64,000 nucleotides of DNA from a bacterium. GTDB taxonomy: Bacteria > Hinthialibacterota > Hinthialibacteria > Hinthialibacterales > Hinthialibacteraceae. Position 1 is the stretch's first letter; each line of letters opens with the position of its first letter. The stretch lies in assembly GCA_041946805.1 (NCBI GenBank), contig JBHGBC010000003.1, forward strand, positions 32,001-96,000. The letters run 5' to 3'. Below, piece by piece: positions 29,323 through 37,245 of the stretch. A model generated the notes under the pieces. That model ran no database searches and was not told the DNA's origin. It saw only the letters and a program-made list of their open reading frames with translations. Made by a program: the position numbers and the translations under genes.

Positions 29323-30633
29323 ATGTTCAAAAAACGATTATTAATTCTTGTACAATTGACAATCTTCGCTTTTCCCTGCCTTGCCGCATATGCCCAGCCC
29401 GCCATCCAGGCGGGAACCGCCCAAGTGGAAATCACTCCGCCCCTGGGTTGCCCGATGTGGGGCTACTCCAGCCGCACGGAAGGGGCCAACGGCGTGCACG
29501 ATCCGCTGATGGCCAAGGTGCTGATCCTCCAATCCACCGAAACCACCGTCGCGCTGGTCAGCTGGGATGTCTGCGAATTTCAGTCACCCTGGCTGCACCA
29601 GCAGATGAAGCCGCTGGGCATCGATCATCTCCTGCTGCTCTGCAGCCACACCCATGCCGGGCCGTTCCTGGACGCGCCGTTCCCCTCGGCGGATAAGCCC
29701 TGGAAGAAAACAGTCGAGGAACGCATCCTGAAGGCGATCCAGGAAGCGCAAGCCCACTTGTTTCCGGCTTATGTCGCCGCGGGAGAGGGTTCCATCACCC
29801 TGGGGTACAACCGCTTGCGCCGCGATCCCGACGGCTTGTCCACCACCCTGTTCGACAATCCCGAGCGCATCCCCTTCGGGCCGGTCGATCCCACCGCCGG
29901 CGTGATCCGCGTCACCGATGAGGCGGGCGCGGTTCGGGCGGTGCTCGTCCATTACGGCTGCCACGCGGTGGTGATGGGGCCCAACAATTTGAAAATCTCG
30001 GCGGATTACGTGGGGGCCATGTACCGCGCGGTGGAGAAGGAATTGGGCGGCCAGGCTCTGTGCCTTTTCGCGCAAGGGGGCGCGGGCGACATCAATCCCC
30101 TCTTCATGGCGCGCGGCGAAGGCCGCGAGGAAGATTTCGAACCGGTGGAAAAAATGGGTGGATTCCTGGCCCGGGAAGTGCTGGCGGTGCTCGAACAAAT
30201 GAAACCGGTCCGGGGTGAATCCCGCCAGCTGCGCGCGTCCGTGGAGACCGTCCAGGTCCACCAGCGCTGGGCGCCGGACAAGGACAAACTGTTGAAATTC
30301 GGGACCACCGCCGTGCTGATCAATGGGGAGATCGGCATCCTCACCCTGCCCGGTGAACCGTTTCACAAATTCCAGGTGGATACGCGCGCGCGGGCCGGTC
30401 TGCCCCACGCCTACATGTTCGGCTATTGCGACAACACCGAGCAGAACTGGCCGGATTATTATTTCCCGGACATCGAATCGGCGGCGCGCGGCGGTTATGG
30501 GGCCGGCGATTCGGGCATCGCGGAACTGGGAACCGGCGAACTGCTGGTCAACCGCGGATTGATCCAGCTCTATACCTTGCGTGGATTGCTATCCGACACT
30601 TCCAAGCCGTACCGGGTCGGCAAACCGTATTGA
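29323..30633 (+). CDS. Neutral/alkaline ceramidase-like N-terminal domain protein, secreted
   Basis: RBS GGAG, signal peptide, 'ITPPLG', 'HDPL', 'SHTHAGP', 'GCHA', 'SADY' and 'GGAGDINP'. Confidence 0.85.
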   Translation: MFKKRLLILVQLTIFAFPCLAAYAQPAIQAGTAQVEITPPLGCPMWGYSSRTEGANGVHDPLMAKVLILQSTETTVALVSWDVCEFQSPWLHQQMKPLGIDHLLLLCSHTHAGPFLDAPFPSADKPWKKTVEERILKAIQEAQAHLFPAYVAAGEGSITLGYNRLRRDPDGLSTTLFDNPERIPFGPVDPTAGVIRVTDEAGAVRAVLVHYGCHAVVMGPNNLKISADYVGAMYRAVEKELGGQALCLFAQGGAGDINPLFMARGEGREEDFEPVEKMGGFLAREVLAVLEQMKPVRGESRQLRASVETVQVHQRWAPDKDKLLKFGTTAVLINGEIGILTLPGEPFHKFQVDTRARAGLPHAYMFGYCDNTEQNWPDYYFPDIESAARGGYGAGDSGIAELGTGELLVNRGLIQLYTLRGLLSDTSKPYRVGKPY

Positions 30634-30690
30634 GCCGCATGACCCAATCCATGAGGAATCCAAATACGTTCAATCCTCCAGAATACCGTA

Positions 30691-30945
30691 GGTTCTGTTG
30701 AGTTTTTCCAGTGTCGATCAAATTACCCAAACGGAACGGATTCATCGATTGTACGAAAAGCCAATATGGCGCCCGTTCAGGGCTTCCCTCACCCTAACCC
30801 TCTCCCAGAGGGAGAGGAAATGGGTTACCTTGGTCCCGGCAATCTCCCGGGGCTGAAGCCCTGGGCTAGTTTAAAAGCGCCGTTGGCGCTGGCACGGCCA
30901 TCCCGCATTTCAGTAACTCATTCATGTCGAAAACTCAACAGAACG
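30691..30945 (+). mobile_element. Composite MITE-like element, complete, with 15-bp perfect type-B inverted repeats flanked by TA
   Basis: GTTCTGTTGAGTTTT (30692-30706) and AAAACTCAACAGAAC (30930-30944); TA at 30689-30690 and 30946-30947. Confidence 0.72.
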
Positions 30946-31140
30946 TAATCCTCTTCCCGAGCGAGAAGGAATAGAAGGTTTATCCTCCAGATCAAGCCAT
31001 TTGAATACGAATCCTGTTATCTTTGTAATATGTAAATTTCATATATCAAAAATTAAATTCACAAAACAAAAATAGTCATTTTAATAAACCCCGGCGGCGA
31101 TTACAATATTCTCCATCCTATAGCGATCCATGAAAAAATT

Positions 31141-31911
31141 ATGCCTCCAACAAGCGACATCCTGGATATTTCCGTGGTTATCCCGGTGCGGGACGAGGTG
31201 GAGAATCTTCCCGCACTGGCCGGAGAACTCGAGAGTGTGTTGTCCGCTACTTCCTGGACATGGGAAGTGCTTTGGATGGATGACGGATCGGTGGATGGCA
31301 GCGGCGAATGGCTTGACTGCCTCGCCCGGGAAAAACCGGCGCACCAGGCCGTGCATCTCCAACCCGGACGGGGACAATCGATGGCCTTGTGGGTGGGATT
31401 TCAACGCGCCCGCGGCCGGGTGATCGTGACCCTGGATGGGGACGGGCAGAACGACCCCCGGGACATCCCCGGTCTGGTCCAGCGTGTTTTGGATGGCGAG
31501 GCGGACATGGTGAACGGCTACCGGCGGGAAAGGCAAGATAGCTGGAAACGGCGCATCGCGTCCTGGATCGCGAATGGTTTCCGCAACCGGATGACGGGGA
31601 AAACCGTGCGGGACGTGGGCTGCTCTCTCCGGGCGTTCCGGCGGGAATGCGTGGCGCATCTGCCGCTTTTCCAGGGGCTGCACCGGTTTCTGCCGACGTT
31701 GGCGGTGGACCAGGGATTTAGGATCCTGGAACAACCGGTGAATCACCGTCCCCGGCAAAAGGGAACCACCAAGTACTCCATCCACAACCGTCTGTGGGTT
31801 GGATTGTGGGATATCATGGGCGTGCGGTGGCTGCAAAAGCGGGGATTTTACAAATTTCTGCAAGATCCCGTGCGGGAAAACTCCCCGTCGGATAAATCCG
31901 CCTGCCGCTGA
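31141..31911 (+). CDS. GT2 glycosyltransferase (polyprenyl-phosphate glycosyltransferase/DPM1-like)
   Basis: 'SVVIPVRDE', 'DDGSVD', 'TLDGDGQNDP', 'HRFLP' and 'VNHRPR'. Confidence 0.9.
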   Translation: MPPTSDILDISVVIPVRDEVENLPALAGELESVLSATSWTWEVLWMDDGSVDGSGEWLDCLAREKPAHQAVHLQPGRGQSMALWVGFQRARGRVIVTLDGDGQNDPRDIPGLVQRVLDGEADMVNGYRRERQDSWKRRIASWIANGFRNRMTGKTVRDVGCSLRAFRRECVAHLPLFQGLHRFLPTLAVDQGFRILEQPVNHRPRQKGTTKYSIHNRLWVGLWDIMGVRWLQKRGFYKFLQDPVRENSPSDKSACR

Positions 31912-32040
31912 AGCGGATGGACAAATCCTCCCCTTTCCGGATGAATCCCCTTTTTCCGAATTGGATGTAAGATTTTTCTTCTCGCTTGGCCTGTTTTCAG
32001 GCAAAATAGGATCATTACGAAAATCAGAGGAGATCTGTTC

Positions 32041-32475
32041 ATGATACCGGACGCCTTCTTTTTGGCGGGTGGCGCGAATCCCTTGATGATGGCCATTCTG
32101 TTTTATTCCATCGTTAACCTTGCGCCGGAAGAAGCGTTGAAATACGTGGGCGTCCCCGAGGTTCTGATCCTGGATGTGCGCGAGAATACGGAATATGAAC
32201 GGGGTCATATCCCCGGCGCCCGCCTGCTGCCTTGGAGCAGTGGAATCCTGCAAGAGCGATGGATGGAGCTGCCCACGGACCGTCCCATCCTCGTTTATTG
32301 CCAATCGGGAAACCGGAGTACGCGGGCGGTCCAATTTTTGAATGAGAAGGGATTTACCAATCTTCTGAACCTGACCGGTGGCTTTTCCTCGTATCAGTGG
32401 ATTCCCGGTGCGAAAGTGGAGACGGGACCCTTCCAGGAACCGGATACCGGCATCATCGAGTGGTTCTTGTATTGA
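32041..32475 (+). CDS. Rhodanese-like domain protein with C-terminal DTGIIEWFLY tail
   Basis: RBS GAGGAG, 'ILDVRENTEYERGHIPGA', active-site loop 'YCQSGNRS' and 'LTGG'. Confidence 0.85.
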   Translation: MIPDAFFLAGGANPLMMAILFYSIVNLAPEEALKYVGVPEVLILDVRENTEYERGHIPGARLLPWSSGILQERWMELPTDRPILVYCQSGNRSTRAVQFLNEKGFTNLLNLTGGFSSYQWIPGAKVETGPFQEPDTGIIEWFLY

Positions 32476-32783
32476 TCCGCGGATGGGGGCGGGAGTTTTG
32501 TTGAAATGGATTGTCTAGATGCAATAGTTGGATTTGTGCCGTCCAACGGATGGGATGGTATTCAAAACAGGATTGAGGGAGCCAGACCATGGTATCGATT
32601 CCAAGGATTTTCCTCCCGGAGGATGCCACAACCGTTGTCTCCTTGCTGCGGGGAGTTCCACCTTCGCCGTATCCACGGATTCCCATATCCGTGGCGCCGT
32701 CTCTGCCAAACCATGGATCCTTATCCGAGGCCCATTGGCGAGACGTGTCCAGGAATCCTGCGGACCAGAGGGAACCTGTCATC

Positions 32784-35285
32784 ATGCATCACAAAAAAGA
32801 CGGTCTCCTTTCCTTGATCGGCCGATGGATTCCATCCCGCGGAGCCCTGGCGTTCCTGTTGGCCTGGCTGTCGATGGGAACCGGGGTGATGGATTCCGGG
32901 GCGCAGCAGCCGTCGACGGACATCCCCCCTTCCGCCACCGCCCCGGTGAATCCAGCCACGCGGGCGGTTACCCCCGCCAACGCCGAATCCGCCGCGCCGA
33001 AACCTGAGCCGGTCCCACCGAAGCCCGAGGTCACCGCGCCCAAACCGGAGCCCACCGCGCCCAAGCCGGAAACTGCGGCGCCGGCCCCTGTATCCGTGGT
33101 GACCGCGCCCGTGCCGGGGCAAATCACACCCGAAAGTATCCAAGCCAAGATCGGCGAGGCAACCCAAGAACTCCGTTCGCTGCAAGAAATCTTGGACGCG
33201 TCGCCCCCGGTCCGCCCGCCGGAAGTCCTGGCGGAGATTCAAAAACAAATCGATTTGCTGAGCCAGATCGCGCAGATCGAGGGCCAACAGCTCAGCATGT
33301 TGAAACGGGTCGCGGGTGCGGAAACACTACTGAAACAAGCCAAGGACAACTTGGACAAGATCCGGATGCAGGGACCGGATGAGAAACCACCGTATTCGTA
33401 TGTCCAGCTCGACCGGCTCCGTGACGAACTGAAGGCGGAAAAAGACCAGGAAAAGAGTGTTTCCGGCATTTTGAACACGGCCCAGGATATCCAGAAGCGG
33501 GCCCTTGCGCAGTCGGAGGAAAAAGCGGCGGTCTACCGGCGGGTCAAGGACACGCTGGACGCCAATCCGGATCCGGAAGCGGCGGCTCTGCTGCAAGTTC
33601 AGCTACGCACCGCCCTGCTGGACCGTAAGATGGCTCAGGAAATCACCACCTTACGGGACTTGGAGACGAAGGCCGCCCAAGCGCGGGTGGAAACGTACAA
33701 ACTTCGCTTGCAATGGATGGAAGAACGAATCCGGTGGATCCAGCAGACGGTTTTCTTCACCCAAGCCGACCTGGACGCCCAGCTGGCGCAGTATGACAAG
33801 AGCGAGGCCACCCTCAAGGAGGAAATGGAGAAACAACGCAAGGCTCTGGAAGCCGCGGACAAAAAACTGGCCGATCTGCTGGACAATCCCGCTTCCACAC
33901 CCGAAAAGGAGGAAGAAATCAACGCCCGCCGGTTGGAACGCGAAGCCGCGCAGGTGGCTGTGAGCACGATGGAAACGCGCCTCTCCTGGTTACCCGACCG
34001 GCGCAGGGTTTGGAAACAACGGTTTGAAATCATCAACGGCACGGCGGAGCGTGGTCAAATCACCCCCTGGCGGCAAGAAGCCGTAAAGGCGCTGGATCTG
34101 CTGAAGGAACGGGATAACAGCCTGAACGTCTACATGTCGGTCCTTCGCAACCGGATGATCAATCTGCTGACCCGGCGGGATTCCTTGATGGAGCCTTCCA
34201 AGACGCTCGTGAAATGGATGGATGAACAAAAGGCGTCCATGGAAAAACAGATCTCCTTCGTCCAGGACATTCTAAACAGCCTCGCCATACTGCAGCGGGA
34301 TTACGGCAAGCTGATCTCCGAGATCGACGAGGTTTATAAATCGTGGTCCCTGAGCGATTGGCTGGCCTACGCCGGGGACAAATTCGAGGACATCCTCAAC
34401 ACGGAGATCTATGTTTACAAGACAACGCTCGAGGACGGCTCCACCGAGGAAACCTCGTTCCGTATCCGCACGATCATCTCGATCATCCTCTATTTTGCCA
34501 TCGGGATCTTGGCCATCCGCTTTTTCAGTTATGTCCTCCTGAAACGGATCCTGTCACGCCTGGGGGTGCACGAGAGCGCCCAGATCACCCTGCAACCGAT
34601 GTCGTTTTACTTGTTGTTGATCGTACTGACGTTTTACACCTTGCACGTCTATCAAATCCCCTTGACCATGTTCGCGGTGGTAGGCGGCGCGGTGGCGATC
34701 GGCATTGGCTTCGGAACGCAGACCATCTTCAACAATTTCATCAGCGGCCTGATCATCCTCATGGAGCGGCCCATCCGCGTGGGCGATTTGATCGATATGG
34801 ACGGCACGATGGGCACCGTGGTGCGGATAGGGGCGCGCTGCACCCAGGTGAGGGCGTTCAACAATATTGACGTGCTGCTCCCCAACAGCAAAATATTGGA
34901 AAACAAGGTGATCAATTGGACCCTGAGCGACGACATGTACCGGACCTCGGTGGCGCTGGGCGTCGCTTACGGCTCACCTCCGCGGGACGTGTTCCGCATC
35001 ATGAAAAAAGCCGTGGACGAGCATGGCCTGATTCTCAAAAAACCGGAACCGTTCGTGGTGTTCCGGGATTTTGGGGAAAGCGCGCTGCTCTTCGAGGTGT
35101 TTTTCTGGATTCACCTGGAGAATACCAACCGGCTGATCGTGGAAAGCGACATCCGCCACCGCCTGGACCATCTTTTCCGGGAAGCCGGTATCTCGCTCGC
35201 TTTTCCCCAGCGTGATCTGCATCTCGATACCCCCGCTCCCCTGCGGATTCAGATGGTGCATGAGGATTCCGCCAAGGGGGCGTGA
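32784..35285 (+). CDS. MscS-family mechanosensitive channel with a long periplasmic coiled coil (MscK-like)
   Basis: Signal-like N-terminus, helical region, TMs, 'GIGFGTQTIFNNFISGLIILMERPIRVGD', 'LPNS' and 'AFPQRDLH'. Confidence 0.88.
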   Translation: MHHKKDGLLSLIGRWIPSRGALAFLLAWLSMGTGVMDSGAQQPSTDIPPSATAPVNPATRAVTPANAESAAPKPEPVPPKPEVTAPKPEPTAPKPETAAPAPVSVVTAPVPGQITPESIQAKIGEATQELRSLQEILDASPPVRPPEVLAEIQKQIDLLSQIAQIEGQQLSMLKRVAGAETLLKQAKDNLDKIRMQGPDEKPPYSYVQLDRLRDELKAEKDQEKSVSGILNTAQDIQKRALAQSEEKAAVYRRVKDTLDANPDPEAAALLQVQLRTALLDRKMAQEITTLRDLETKAAQARVETYKLRLQWMEERIRWIQQTVFFTQADLDAQLAQYDKSEATLKEEMEKQRKALEAADKKLADLLDNPASTPEKEEEINARRLEREAAQVAVSTMETRLSWLPDRRRVWKQRFEIINGTAERGQITPWRQEAVKALDLLKERDNSLNVYMSVLRNRMINLLTRRDSLMEPSKTLVKWMDEQKASMEKQISFVQDILNSLAILQRDYGKLISEIDEVYKSWSLSDWLAYAGDKFEDILNTEIYVYKTTLEDGSTEETSFRIRTIISIILYFAIGILAIRFFSYVLLKRILSRLGVHESAQITLQPMSFYLLLIVLTFYTLHVYQIPLTMFAVVGGAVAIGIGFGTQTIFNNFISGLIILMERPIRVGDLIDMDGTMGTVVRIGARCTQVRAFNNIDVLLPNSKILENKVINWTLSDDMYRTSVALGVAYGSPPRDVFRIMKKAVDEHGLILKKPEPFVVFRDFGESALLFEVFFWIHLENTNRLIVESDIRHRLDHLFREAGISLAFPQRDLHLDTPAPLRIQMVHEDSAKGA
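32988..33090 (+). repeat. In-frame 7-aa (21-bp) Pro-rich repeat xxxPKPE, four copies
   Basis: SAAPKPE PVPPKPE VTAPKPE PTAPKPE in the N-terminus of the MscS-family protein. Confidence 0.7.
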
Positions 35286-35509
35286 TGGCCTTACCCCGGC
35301 CTCCCCCCGCAAGGCCCCCGGGATCTGAATTCCACCCCGGTTCTTTCGCTCTTCCTCCCGAATAGACAAGCGCCCATGAAGCAGCCGCATAAGAGGATGA
35401 GGAATATTGACAAATCCCCCGAATCCCTTTTAGATAAATCAATCGAAATATTTATAATCTTCCGGTTATCTATAAATCACCGGAACCAATCATAGAAACG
35501 AGGTGAAAC

Positions 35510-36970
35510 ATGATGTTCCAAACAAGGTGGTTTGTGATTCTGGCGAATGTGATTTTATTGTCCCTTCCGATGCTCAGCCATGCCCAATCACTGCCCGGAA
35601 ATCCCGAGGACAACGGACTGACTCCTAAAACGTCCACACTCTACATCAATACGCCCGACACCATCAACAACACGAGCACGGAGAGCCTGGGAGCAGCCAT
35701 TGCCAACAACGGAAACATCCTCATCGGGTGGGAAGACGACGGCGACGGCGTCACGGATCTGGAAGCGGTCTGGACCCTGTTCGACGCAAACGGAACCTCG
35801 ATCACCCCCGACACTACGGTGAGCGCGGGCGGCCAAACCCTGACCACCAAGTTCCTGGCCTTCTTCCGGGCGGATGGGAGCGCGGTCGCGGGTTCGACGG
35901 CCTGGGGGCCGAAAATCAAGGCGAACCTGTTCGGTGACGGCTTGGGCATGGGCGCCACGGCCTTCGGTCTGGGCGAGGAGGTCGCGGAACTGGCGGACAT
36001 CAACCTGGACGCGGGCGGCGGCGGCGATTTTCCCGCCGTGCAGCTCCTGACCAACTCAGGGCAACCCATTGCCATTTTGTCCGGCTTATCGGAAGCCGAC
36101 GCGGAACCGGAAGGGGATGTCCGCATAGGGGATTGGGACTACTTGTCGAACGGCAACATTGTCATCATCGGCGAGAGCCGGCAGGCCAACGACCTGGTGG
36201 ACAAATACGGTGGGGAAGCACCCGGCAATCACGCCATTTACCGGATCGTGGACCAAACCGGAAAGGAAGTGCGGCCGGTGGGGCTGGTCAGTTCCAATGC
36301 GGTGGCGAATGAAATCTGGCACGGCGTGGGTGTAACGCAAAATGGATTCGCGGTGCGCTTCAACGAAGGCGGGCGCGCCCAGATCCGCTTGTTCAACAAC
36401 GACGGCACTCCGAAGGGGAACAATATCGATATCGGCACGCTGGCGAACCAGGAAGGCGCGGCGGGCGGCGGCCGGGGCGACGGCGCCGGCTTCCACGGCA
36501 ACGGCGTCAACGCGTACGCGGTTTGCAACTCCTCCGACGCCAACGGCGACGGCAACAACGAAGTCTATCTGACCGTGATCAATGACGACGGCACGCTGCG
36601 GTATTCGCGGATCGCTTCGGATGATCTCGAGTTCGCCCATTCGGACCGGGTGGATTGCGCCATCGACGCCCAGGGCCGCGTGTTGGCCGCCTTCATGGAC
36701 AACGACGCGACCGGCAAGGCCTTCTCCCTGGTGGAAGCGCGGTTGTTCGACGCGGCGGGCCAGCCGCTGGGCGGATCCTTCTTCGTGAGCGAGAAGGAAA
36801 CCGCGGAGCTCGCCACGGGGGAAAGCCGCCGTCCCCGGGCCGCGCTCCGTGGCGACGCGGCCGTGATCACCTGGGAAACCACCAACCACGAGTCGACCAC
36901 GGACCGGGTGGTCGCCTTCCGCGTGTTCACCGTGAAGACCACGGCGGTGGAGAATTTCATGCTGTATTGA
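35510..36970 (+). CDS. Secreted acidic Gly/Asp-rich hypothetical protein with C-terminal TTAVENFMLY tail
   Basis: RBS GAGGTG, signal peptide ending in SHA, strong coding bias; no family recognised. Confidence 0.82.
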   Translation: MMFQTRWFVILANVILLSLPMLSHAQSLPGNPEDNGLTPKTSTLYINTPDTINNTSTESLGAAIANNGNILIGWEDDGDGVTDLEAVWTLFDANGTSITPDTTVSAGGQTLTTKFLAFFRADGSAVAGSTAWGPKIKANLFGDGLGMGATAFGLGEEVAELADINLDAGGGGDFPAVQLLTNSGQPIAILSGLSEADAEPEGDVRIGDWDYLSNGNIVIIGESRQANDLVDKYGGEAPGNHAIYRIVDQTGKEVRPVGLVSSNAVANEIWHGVGVTQNGFAVRFNEGGRAQIRLFNNDGTPKGNNIDIGTLANQEGAAGGGRGDGAGFHGNGVNAYAVCNSSDANGDGNNEVYLTVINDDGTLRYSRIASDDLEFAHSDRVDCAIDAQGRVLAAFMDNDATGKAFSLVEARLFDAAGQPLGGSFFVSEKETAELATGESRRPRAALRGDAAVITWETTNHESTTDRVVAFRVFTVKTTAVENFMLY

Positions 36971-37032
36971 TCCGGAGGCGTCCGGTTTTTCTCCCCTCCG
37001 GGAGGTGCATGAAACATATTGAGCAGCCATTC

Positions 37033-37062
37033 AAGGGGGACCTGTTGAAGGTCCCCTTTTTT
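37033..37062 (+). terminator. Intrinsic terminator
   Basis: GGGGACCT/AGGTCCCC stem followed by a T-run, downstream of 35510-36970. Confidence 0.75.
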
Positions 37063-37245
37063 CTTTTTATTGAATGTCCGCTTGAATGTCCGCTTGGAAA
37101 AGTGGACTGATCACCTCCAGGACCAGCGGGAGGCCGGAATTATCCGGAGACTGGCAATTAACATCAAGAACATGCGATTCCAGGACATCCAGCCCGGCGC
37201 GGTTCCGGCTATAATTCAGCTGAGTTCAACTTCTGGAGAGGCATC

